Shown here: positions 39,621 through 48,263 of the stretch, piece by piece | Numbering within the stretch: position 1 is the first letter of the stretch | Layout: every line of letters begins with the position of its first letter | The notes under the pieces: generated by a model | The model's input: only the letters and a program-made list of their open reading frames with translations | Database searches by the model: none | Told to the model about the DNA's origin: nothing | NCBI GenBank assembly: GCA_944358825.1 | Contig: CALVSA010000001.1 | Coordinates: forward strand, 13,354-77,353 | Origin: an uncultured Bacilli bacterium | GTDB lineage: Bacteria; Bacillota_I; Bacilli_A; RF39; UBA660 | DNA length: 64,000 bases | Direction: 5' to 3' | Position numbers and translations under genes: made by a program

Positions 39621-40165
39621 TTCATATTCCTTTCATTATTACAAAATTTTTTAATTATTGGAATCTTTCTTAAGACAAATGTTGTAATGGCACATATTAT
39701 AAAGCAACAACTTCCAGTATAAATATTTATTAAATGCAAATATGTTTTATAATTGATTAAGCAATGAAATAAGTAGATTCCAAATGTTGCCAAACTTATT
39801 TGTTCTATAATTTTAGATGTACATGTTTTTTCTTTCGCGTTTTCAAAGAAATATCTAATAATATAAAATAATGCCATGGCAGGAATAGTAGCTGTAACTA
39901 TATTCCGTGAATCAAGAGCATATGATATTTTTCCATTGTTTAAATATGGAATATACATGGATAATACCAAAGTTAGAGTAAAATAATATTGTCGATGTTT
40001 TTAGTCGTTGTAAGTAAAGTTCTTTTCATTTATTCTATTTTTTTACTATATTTTTATATGTATCAACGTTTTTATCTTTTAATAATAAATAGCCTATAGT
40101 GTGATTTATCAGTACAAAAAATGCGCTATAATTTTTGGAATATCCAGCAATATAATCTTTTTATC
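39617..40165 (-). pseudogene. Decayed acyltransferase-3 (OatA-like O-acyltransferase) gene. The 117-aa C-terminal ORF is intact; frameshifted N-terminal fragments lie upstream.
   Basis: The intact C-terminal ORF carries the conserved TFGIYLFHCLI block. Fragments in other frames read MIKRLYCWIFQKL* and ...SAFFVLINHTIGYLLL..., resembling the acyltransferase-3 N-terminus and its FFVLSGYL motif. Total span is about 0.55 kb, against about 1 kb expected. Confidence 0.35.
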
Positions 40166-40308
40166 ATATTGATCGCTCCTACTATTTACATTATAGCATA
40201 AGATTCTAAACTAACAAAGTATTTTTGAGATAAAAGATAAAATAAATTTTGTTCCTTGTTTATAGTAAAGAACATTATATAAACATATGGCTATAAATAC
40301 GTTTTGGA

Positions 40309-40341
40309 TAAAAAAAATCGTTTCTATTTATTTAAGAAACG
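40309..40341 (-). terminator. Rho-independent terminator downstream of the surface-protein gene.
   Basis: On the minus strand, hairpin CGTTTC-11nt-GAAACG is followed by T9. Confidence 0.5.
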
Positions 40342-40351
40342 AAGTTTTTAT

Positions 40352-41695
40352 CTAAAAATTAATATCTGAATTTATTTGGTTTGATTTTACTTTTGTCTTT
40401 TTTCTACCTTTTTTATTTTTAATAATTAATGTAGTTATAGTAGCTACTACTGCTACACCAAATACACTAGCAACTATTATTAAATATAATTTATATTTGT
40501 CTTTTTCTTCTTTATATTTATCGACTAAATCTAGGATGTCTTCATTGTATTTTTGCAGTGTTCCTTCACTTGTGTCATATTGATATAAATATTCTTTTCC
40601 ATCTTCCATGCTCTTAGCATATATTAAATAGAATTTGGAATTTTTAGTACTTTTATATCCTTTATACTTAATATCATTTACTTCAAATTCTCCTAAAATA
40701 TAGTTATCAAACACTTTATCTTTAGGATAATCTAATACTATAACACTTAAACCTCTAGCTGTTAAAATATTAAATTCTAAATACTTTCCATCATCATATA
40801 TATAATATTTCGAATTACCAGCTTCATCTTTTAAACCTACTAGAGTATAGCCTAAAGTATCATTTTTATATGCAAGGACATCATCATCACCTATTTTTAT
40901 GGTAGTTTTTTCAAATCCTTCTGGAGCTTCTAATACGTCTTCTTTTCTAATTATTGTATATTTTTTATCATCAATAGTTATTTCGATCGGATCTAATTCT
41001 TTTACTGTTGCATTAATTACATATGTTTTGACATTACCATTTTCCGCGGTTACTTTAATTTCTATTTTATTAGAACCTTCGCTTACTTTTATATTCCCAT
41101 CGCCTTTTACAGTGGCATTATCATCAGCAGGTGTTGCTTTAATGGTTATAGTTTCTGTTTCATTAGGTAGTTCAACATTGTATTCAAGGGTATCTTTATC
41201 AAACTTTTTATCTAATTCAAATCCTTCGATAGTTAAACTAGATAAATTATTATTGGAAGAATACTCTTTTGGAGGTACTACTACTGGATCGTTTACTTTA
41301 ATTGTTATTGACTTACTGCCTAATGAGTAATTTGATTCTTGAGCAAGTTCACGCAACATGACGGTAGAAGTTTTACAAGTTACCGTTCCACTAGCAGTTG
41401 GTTTAATTGTATATGTAAATGATTTTGACTTACTTTTAGTATCTATATCGTTGTAAGTTAAACTACTACCGCCATCTACTCCTGCTCCTGTACAAGACAT
41501 ACTGCCTTCAATTGTGTAAATACCACTATCAGCGTTTATGGTTGTAGTTATAGTTACTGTATTGCCTCTAGTAACTGAACTTGAAGATGCTTTCATACTT
41601 AAACTAGATGCTGAAACATCAGAAATTCCAACAAAAGCAAAAATACTTACTAATAAAATTTTTACCAAATTTCTTTTTTTCATTTTATAACCCAC
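40352..41695 (-). CDS. Cell-surface protein: signal peptide, Ig-like N-domain, cadherin-like beta-sandwich domain, C-terminal TM anchor.
   Basis: Signal peptide (MKKRNLVKILLVSIFAFVGISDVSASS). Cadherin-like block LSSLTIEGFELDKKFDKDTLEYNVELPNETETITIKATPADDNATVKGDG. C-terminal TM plus basic tail. Confidence 0.5.
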   Translation of the reverse strand: MGYKMKKRNLVKILLVSIFAFVGISDVSASSLSMKASSSSVTRGNTVTITTTINADSGIYTIEGSMSCTGAGVDGGSSLTYNDIDTKSKSKSFTYTIKPTASGTVTCKTSTVMLRELAQESNYSLGSKSITIKVNDPVVVPPKEYSSNNNLSSLTIEGFELDKKFDKDTLEYNVELPNETETITIKATPADDNATVKGDGNIKVSEGSNKIEIKVTAENGNVKTYVINATVKELDPIEITIDDKKYTIIRKEDVLEAPEGFEKTTIKIGDDDVLAYKNDTLGYTLVGLKDEAGNSKYYIYDDGKYLEFNILTARGLSVIVLDYPKDKVFDNYILGEFEVNDIKYKGYKSTKNSKFYLIYAKSMEDGKEYLYQYDTSEGTLQKYNEDILDLVDKYKEEKDKYKLYLIIVASVFGVAVVATITTLIIKNKKGRKKTKVKSNQINSDINF

Positions 41696-41698
41696 TTT

Positions 41699-44227
41699 CT
41701 ATTGCTTAATATCGGCATATCCATTTAATTGTCTTAATATTGCTAAACAATCATCTTTATTTATTTTGCCATCGTGATTAGCGTCCGCTGCCTCTTGATA
41801 TGCTCCATTTAATTTTGTATATCCGTTTAATTGTCTTAATATTGCTAAACAATCATCTTTATCTATTTTGCCATCACCATTTATATCTCCATAGATTACA
41901 ACTGTAAAGTTTCTAGTTTCACTACCATTACTTATTGTTACTTTATCACCAGTTTTAAATGGTCCGCTTTTTGGATTATTGTTTTTATCTTTGATACTTG
42001 CACTAGCATACTGACTAATTTCTTTAACATTATTAACTATATTTGAAGAGTCTGTTTTCTCTTTTATTCCAAACATGTAATTATCATTATATTTTATACC
42101 AATGTTATTTAAAATAGTACTCATATCCACTTTTTCTTCTTCATCGTCTGTTGCTATTTTTTTAATGTTTATTTTATATGTTCTTGTTCTACCATTTTCC
42201 GCGGTTACATCGACGTTTATAGTTTTACTATTTGGAACATTAATGGTTCCAGTTCCTTTAACTGTTGCACCATTTACTATTTTTGTAGCACTTACATTAA
42301 CACTATTGGTTGTGCTTGGAATATTTATATCATATTCATATTTATCATAACTAAAGCCACTAACTGTATTTCCATTTACTTTTAGATCTTTTAGATAGTT
42401 ATTTGGATTGCCTAATTTTGGTGAAGTTACAGCATAATTGCTCATGTTGTTATATACAGGAATAGTAAATGTTATTTCTTTATTTAAATAATTTCCAAAA
42501 TCAACATATGATTTATAAGTTGTATTAGTTTCTTGAACTACAGCCGCTAAATTTTGTTGATATTGATGATCGTAATGTCCATTTGTAGTTGAAACATCAA
42601 ATTTTTCGTAATAAACTGTATCTTGATTAACTCCGATATATCCATTTCTAATGAATTTACTTCCTCCTAAAATTGCTTTATATGGTGTATTCCATCCATT
42701 ATTCATTGCATATACCATTCCATTAACTATTTTGTTTGGTCCATATACATTTATATTAAAGAAGTTATAATATCCTGAATAGTTCTTATTATTGTAATTA
42801 AATGTTCCTCCTAATCTTGGATCTGTTGGTCGAATTCCTGATATTTCTTGTTTTATTCTACTTGCTACATGAATTGCACTTATATCTGCTTCTTGGGCAG
42901 CTTTTATTATATCAGAAGCAACATCACCAGAATGATTTTTATAAACACTGTTCCAAAAAGTTTGCGTTGCTAGTATTTTAGAAACCATACTCTTCTCGTG
43001 AGAAGGATTATGTAATAAATTTTCAAAGGCAAAGATGTATTTTTCATTCAAATAATTTCTAGGATCAAGATAGAAAGCAACTGCTTCTGAAGATGCGTTA
43101 TACCAGCCAGCTTCTGTATCATAATCATTAAATTTGTTATTTAAAATATCATAAGTATTTATGTCCATTGATAAGTAATTAGAATTGAAATAAGCACCTT
43201 GTAATAGGCTTCTTCCGTTAAATGATTCATTGTGAACGACATCTGAAAAATTTAGATTAATAAATTCTGGAACAAAGTTCCAATTAGGATGACGGGCATG
43301 TATTTCTAATAAATAAGGAATATAGCTATCAGGAAATTTAAGGTTTTTAAGTTTGGTTGTATACTTTTCTAAGTCTTCTTTTTGACTATAGTATTTTAAT
43401 GCTGTATCAGATAATTTAGTGGTATTTACAAAATAGCCACATAAATATCCTGTTTCATTTCTTTGGTTAGTTACATTGTAATAATAACCACAGCTACCAC
43501 TTGCCTCTTTAATAGAATTTATTTTAACTATATCACCACATTTGGCCTTACCTGTTGCACTACCACTGCCAGCACTACTTCTTAAGGTAATATCAGATGT
43601 ATCTTCAAAGCAAGAAATTGTCCCATCGCCATTTACTTGGCTTTGGTAATCATCTTTTATATAAATATTATCGGCACTACTACTTTTTCCTACATTAGGA
43701 TCTGGTGGAGTTGTCGATCCTCCTGAATTAACACTTACATACTTACCGCATGCATAACCGGTAGTTCCATTGTGTTCAACTTTATACCAATTGGAACATT
43801 TGCTATTATTAGCAACATTTTTTTCAATAACTGTCAATTCTGTGTTACAGCTTAATTGCTTTAGGCTTTTTGATTTATTAACATCATACCAAATATTTAG
43901 GGGGTCATTATTTTCGATGCATAAAACTTTTCCTTTTTCATATGAACTATTATCTACTTTTATATAATCGCCACATGCATAACCCTCTTTAGAGTTATAT
44001 TTAATTTTATGCCAACTGCTACAACCAACTGTTTTACCGACATTTTCTTCTATTATTTCTAGTTTAGTATTACAACTTGCAGAGCCGATTGCACTTCCGC
44101 CTATACTGTTTCTAATTGTTAAAGGGTCATTATTATCAGGACAATATACTACTCCCGTTTTTGCAAAAACATTATTTGGTAATAATAGACATAAAGTTAT
44201 TAGACACATCAATATTAACTTTTTCAC
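41699..44227 (-). CDS. Multidomain surface peptidoglycan hydrolase: signal peptide, 3x SH3b, GH73-like glucosaminidase region, cadherin-like domain, C-terminal type-I dockerin.
   Basis: Three GYACG-containing SH3b-like modules. GH73-like region ASRIKQEISGIRP...YNFFNINVYG. Cadherin-like block LKDLKVNGNTVSGFSYDKYEYDINIPSTT. Duplicated Ca-binding segments GDINGDGKIDKDDCLAILRQLNGY and ADANHDGKINKDDCLAILRQLNGY. Confidence 0.6.
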   Translation of the reverse strand: MKKLILMCLITLCLLLPNNVFAKTGVVYCPDNNDPLTIRNSIGGSAIGSASCNTKLEIIEENVGKTVGCSSWHKIKYNSKEGYACGDYIKVDNSSYEKGKVLCIENNDPLNIWYDVNKSKSLKQLSCNTELTVIEKNVANNSKCSNWYKVEHNGTTGYACGKYVSVNSGGSTTPPDPNVGKSSSADNIYIKDDYQSQVNGDGTISCFEDTSDITLRSSAGSGSATGKAKCGDIVKINSIKEASGSCGYYYNVTNQRNETGYLCGYFVNTTKLSDTALKYYSQKEDLEKYTTKLKNLKFPDSYIPYLLEIHARHPNWNFVPEFINLNFSDVVHNESFNGRSLLQGAYFNSNYLSMDINTYDILNNKFNDYDTEAGWYNASSEAVAFYLDPRNYLNEKYIFAFENLLHNPSHEKSMVSKILATQTFWNSVYKNHSGDVASDIIKAAQEADISAIHVASRIKQEISGIRPTDPRLGGTFNYNNKNYSGYYNFFNINVYGPNKIVNGMVYAMNNGWNTPYKAILGGSKFIRNGYIGVNQDTVYYEKFDVSTTNGHYDHQYQQNLAAVVQETNTTYKSYVDFGNYLNKEITFTIPVYNNMSNYAVTSPKLGNPNNYLKDLKVNGNTVSGFSYDKYEYDINIPSTTNSVNVSATKIVNGATVKGTGTINVPNSKTINVDVTAENGRTRTYKINIKKIATDDEEEKVDMSTILNNIGIKYNDNYMFGIKEKTDSSNIVNNVKEISQYASASIKDKNNNPKSGPFKTGDKVTISNGSETRNFTVVIYGDINGDGKIDKDDCLAILRQLNGYTKLNGAYQEAADANHDGKINKDDCLAILRQLNGYADIKQ
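41717..41880. repeat. Near-identical ~62-nt direct repeat with 102-nt period, encoding the two dockerin calcium-binding segments.
   Basis: 41717-41778 against 41819-41880: ATATCC(A/G)TTTAATTGTCTTAATATTGCTAAACAATCATCTTTAT(T/C)TATTTTGCCATC... About 57 of 60 nt are identical. Confidence 0.7.
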
Positions 44228-44307
44228 TCTACCACCTTCTATGTAGTAATTATATCATATATTTCGACTTTTTTCATAAAAAAAGCAAAAAAAATGTCGT
44301 TTGACAT

Positions 44308-44583
44308 TTACTTTCGTTCTTCTAACCAAAATGGTCCAAATTCTATAGCAGTATAGCTTTCACGATTATAGCGATATACTTTGTATCCTAATCCTGTACA
44401 TATATTAACATTTCCATCGCTATATTCTTTTGTTTCTTTTGATAAGCAGAAATTTGGATCTTTATTTTGTGAGGCATTATAATAGTCGATTAAAACTATA
44501 ATTACCCATCCGAAAAAAACTATTGGTAAGACAATTGCTAGTATTTTTCTTATTACTTCTTTTATTATTTTTAATACTTTCAT
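44308..44583 (-). CDS. Small membrane-anchored hypothetical protein with two conserved-looking Cys.
   Basis: N-terminal TM (ILAIVLPIVFFGWVIIVLI). No family recognised. Confidence 0.35.
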   Translation of the reverse strand: MKVLKIIKEVIRKILAIVLPIVFFGWVIIVLIDYYNASQNKDPNFCLSKETKEYSDGNVNICTGLGYKVYRYNRESYTAIEFGPFWLEERK

Positions 44584-44592
44584 TCCTTCCTC

Positions 44593-45210
44593 CTAATCTA
44601 TTCTTTTATCTTTACTTCTTAATACTGGTCCAAAACTCATTCTATGGTGTTTGCATATTCCATACTCTTTAATGGCTTCAAGATGTTTTTGGGTTGGATA
44701 TCCTTTATTTTGTTTTAAGCCATACATAGGATATTTTTTATCCAATTCTACTAGAATGCTATCTCTATATACTTTGGCAACAACAGAAGCCGCTGCTATT
44801 GTTATGCTTTTGCTATCGCCTTTTATAATTGATGTGGTTGGTATATCTAAATCTAGTGGCATGGCATCAATTAATATATGATCTGGTTTTATTTTTAAAT
44901 TATCAACTGCTTTTTTCATTGCTAATTGGGTAGCTGAATAAATATTTAATTTATCTATTTCTTCTGCTTCTACTACACCAATTCCAACAGAAATTGCTTC
45001 TTTTAGTATGATTTCATTGAATTTATTACGTTTTTTTTCTGATAATTTTTTAGAATCTGTAAGTCCTTCTAATTTGAAGTCTTTGGGTAAGATTACACAG
45101 GCTGCTACTACTGGGCCAATTAATGGGCCTCTTCCTACTTCATCTATTCCTCCGATTAGTTTTATGTTTTGATCGTATAGTTCTTTTTCGTATTTATATA
45201 AATCTTCCAT
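44593..45210 (-). CDS. rnhB: Ribonuclease HII.
   Basis: GIDEVGRGPLIGPVVAACV carries the DEVGRG catalytic motif. Size is 205 aa. Confidence 0.9.
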   Translation of the reverse strand: MEDLYKYEKELYDQNIKLIGGIDEVGRGPLIGPVVAACVILPKDFKLEGLTDSKKLSEKKRNKFNEIILKEAISVGIGVVEAEEIDKLNIYSATQLAMKKAVDNLKIKPDHILIDAMPLDLDIPTTSIIKGDSKSITIAAASVVAKVYRDSILVELDKKYPMYGLKQNKGYPTQKHLEAIKEYGICKHHRMSFGPVLRSKDKRID

Positions 45211-45212
45211 AT

Positions 45213-45410
45213 TTACTTACCTTTAAAGTTATTGTAACCAATAACATGATTATTAACGGGATTATTAGGTCTATTTTTTACTCCAAACATACGATCAACT
45301 GTATTTTTTTTATTATTTTTTACTTCTGCCATTAGTTTTTTATTATGATTAGCTTGATATCTTTCTTCAAAAACTTCCATTAAGTCTTTATTACGAAAAT
45401 TCATGTTCAT
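45213..45410 (-). CDS. Small basic hypothetical protein (65 aa), tightly coupled upstream of rnhB.
   Basis: ORF with only a 2-nt gap to rnhB. Lys/Asn-rich, no recognised family. Confidence 0.3.
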   Translation of the reverse strand: MNMNFRNKDLMEVFEERYQANHNKKLMAEVKNNKKNTVDRMFGVKNRPNNPVNNHVIGYNNFKGK

Positions 45411-45458
45411 GATCTTCCTCCTACTATCATTAGTATAACATATTTTTTATCATTTTGA

Positions 45459-47807
45459 CTATTTTTTTTCATTTTTCTTATCTTTATCTTTTATTTTAAA
45501 AATATTATTATATATATCTTCATAATCTTTTACTAATATTATTTCTAGTTTTTCTTTAACTATTTTAGGAACATCATCTAAATCGTTTTCGTTATCATAA
45601 GGAATATAAACAGTTTTAATACCATTTGAAAATGCTGATATTAATTTTTCTTTTAGGCCGCCAATTGGTAGTATTCTACCTCTTAGAGTTATTTCACCAC
45701 TCATACTAATGGTACTAGCGACATTTATATTTTTAAAAGCACTTATAATAGCACTTACAATAGTTATACCAGCACTTGGTCCTTCTTTTTTTATGGCTCC
45801 TTCTTCAAAATGAATATGAATATCACTTTCTATTATTTTTTCATAATCAAGATTAAATTTTTTATAATTGCTTTTTATATAACTAATAGCAATTGTAGCA
45901 CTTTCTTTCATTACGTCCCCTAATGATCCTGTTAAAATTATATTACCGCTTCCTTTAAAATAAGTACATGTTACTTTTAGGATAAATCCTCCAAAAGTTG
46001 AGGCTGCTAAAGCGTTGACAATGCCACTTTTTTTGTTTTTGTCATTAATAAAGTCTAAATATTTTTCTTTTCCTAAATATTCTTCTAAATTTTCTTCTGA
46101 TATAATATAAGTTTTCTTTTTATCTTTATTAAATAACATATCCATAACTACTTCACGACATATTGTTGATAATTGTCTTTCTAATTCTCTTGCTCCTGCT
46201 TCTTTGGTATAATTATTTATTATTTTAAATAATGCATTGGGAGTTATTTCTAATTTATCATTTGCAATATTATGTTCTAATAATAGTTTAGGTAGTAAAT
46301 AGTTATTACAAATATTTATTTTATCAAATATTGTATAACTAGATAATTCTATTATTTCTAATCGATCTTTTAAAGCTGGAGGAATACTACTAGTAGTATT
46401 TGCAGTTAGTATGAACATAACTTTTGATAAATCAAATTCTTCTTCGATGTAATTATCACAAAATATTGTATTTTGTTCTTTATCTAATACATCTAATAGA
46501 GCACTAGCGGGATCACCACGATAATCTTTAGTTATTTTATCAATCTCATCAATTAAGAAGACAGGATTATTAGAACCAGCTTTTTTTAATCCTTGAATTA
46601 TTTTTCCTGGCATTGCACCTAAATAAGTTCGTCTATGACCCATAATTTCTGCTTCATCATTTACTCCGCCAACACTTATTTTTACGAACTTTTTATGAAG
46701 TGATTTTGCTATTGATTTTGCTAATGTTGTTTTACCGCATCCTGGAGGTCCAACAAGGCATATAATCGGACTATTAGTATTATTAGTATTTTTCTTAACT
46801 GCAATATAAGATATTATTCTTCTTTTTATTTTATCAAGTCCATAATGTGATTCGTCTAGATATTTTTTTATATCTTCTATATTATCATTATCAACTGTTG
46901 ATTTATTCCAAGGAAGTGCAAGTAACCATTCGATATAAGTTCTAATTATTGAATTATCAGGGGAAGAGTCTGATGCTACTTCATAACGATATAGTTCTTC
47001 TATTAGTCTTGTTTTTATTTTATTTGGAGCATCCAATTTATCTATTTTTGCTTTTAATTTAGTAACGTCATTATTTTTAATATCTACTTCGCCTAATTCT
47101 TCTTTAATTAGTTTTATTTTTTCTCGTAATAAATATTCTTTTTGTGATTTATCTAATCTATTTTTTAGGGTTTGTTCTATATCTTGTTCTAATTTTACTG
47201 TTTCTAATTCTTTATGTAAATCCCTAATCAAGTTTTTAGCGCGATATATTGGATTAGTTATTTCTACATATTTTATTTTCTCATGATATGTTAATGTTAG
47301 TTCTGATACAATAATATCTGATAATTTATTTAAAGAACTAATTGCCTCTATTCTTCCCATAACATTATTACTCATATGTGGTGATAGTTCTACAAATTCA
47401 GCTAAATCATTTAATAATACTCTTCTAATGGCAGTTGCTTCTGTCTCATCATAATCATATTCTTTTGTGGGAATTACAAAAGCTTGTAAAATATTATCTT
47501 CACTTTCAAAATAGTCTAATACTTCTACTCTATCTATACCACTTATTACTATTCTAAATATTCCATTAGATAGTTCTATTTTTGATTTTATTTTACCTAA
47601 AATTGCAATTTTTGGCAATTCTTCTAAACTAGGTTTTTCCTCTAATGGATCTAATAGATTTGTAAGTAAAATATAACCATCATTATTTTTATCACAAAAT
47701 GTTAATACTTCTTTATCTTTATCACTTACTATTTCTAGCCTAATATCATTAAAGGGAAGCAAAACAATATTTCTAAGTAACATCACCGGTAAGTTTGTTT
47801 GAACCAT
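45459..47807 (-). CDS. lon: ATP-dependent Lon protease.
   Basis: Lon N-domain, AAA+ Walker A GPPGCGKTTLAKSIA, and protease Ser-Lys dyad region PKDGPSAGITIVSAIISA. Confidence 0.95.
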   Translation of the reverse strand: MVQTNLPVMLLRNIVLLPFNDIRLEIVSDKDKEVLTFCDKNNDGYILLTNLLDPLEEKPSLEELPKIAILGKIKSKIELSNGIFRIVISGIDRVEVLDYFESEDNILQAFVIPTKEYDYDETEATAIRRVLLNDLAEFVELSPHMSNNVMGRIEAISSLNKLSDIIVSELTLTYHEKIKYVEITNPIYRAKNLIRDLHKELETVKLEQDIEQTLKNRLDKSQKEYLLREKIKLIKEELGEVDIKNNDVTKLKAKIDKLDAPNKIKTRLIEELYRYEVASDSSPDNSIIRTYIEWLLALPWNKSTVDNDNIEDIKKYLDESHYGLDKIKRRIISYIAVKKNTNNTNSPIICLVGPPGCGKTTLAKSIAKSLHKKFVKISVGGVNDEAEIMGHRRTYLGAMPGKIIQGLKKAGSNNPVFLIDEIDKITKDYRGDPASALLDVLDKEQNTIFCDNYIEEEFDLSKVMFILTANTTSSIPPALKDRLEIIELSSYTIFDKINICNNYLLPKLLLEHNIANDKLEITPNALFKIINNYTKEAGARELERQLSTICREVVMDMLFNKDKKKTYIISEENLEEYLGKEKYLDFINDKNKKSGIVNALAASTFGGFILKVTCTYFKGSGNIILTGSLGDVMKESATIAISYIKSNYKKFNLDYEKIIESDIHIHFEEGAIKKEGPSAGITIVSAIISAFKNINVASTISMSGEITLRGRILPIGGLKEKLISAFSNGIKTVYIPYDNENDLDDVPKIVKEKLEIILVKDYEDIYNNIFKIKDKDKKNEKK

Positions 47808-47945
47808 ATAATCACCCCATAAAAGTAAAAAAGAAAGTTATTTTATTATGAAGATAACAATAAAATAATCACTTTCCTTTCTTGACTTAATATTGTAACA
47901 CAATTTTTAAATATATCAAGATTAAAAAAGAAAAAACAAAAAGTT

Positions 47946-48179
47946 TTATTCAAACAATCTGTCTTCATCACCTTTACAATAAGCCTCTCCTACTTTATCT
48001 GTTTCGATGTATTCTTTATCCATAATAGAACATCCCATCTTAGTTACTGCATCTTTTAAATAACCACCAAATATTTTAACTAACCCTATGGCTAAAACTG
48101 TAATTAAAGAGACAATTAAAATATATTCAACTAATGTTTGTCCTTTGTTATTTAACTTAAATGGTATCATGGCTATCAC
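47946..48179 (-). CDS. Flp/type IVb-like prepilin (class III signal peptide).
   Basis: KG-QTLVEY-ILIVSLITVLAIGLV matches the Flp/type IV prepilin motif G/xxxxEY plus a hydrophobic helix. Size is 77 aa. Confidence 0.55.
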   Translation of the reverse strand: MIAMIPFKLNNKGQTLVEYILIVSLITVLAIGLVKIFGGYLKDAVTKMGCSIMDKEYIETDKVGEAYCKGDEDRLFE

Positions 48180-48263
48180 TTCCTATTCTCATAAGAAAAT
48201 TATAATATAGTTTTGTATTTAAGTCAATATGATAATAGAAAAACTCATCAAAATTGATAAGTT

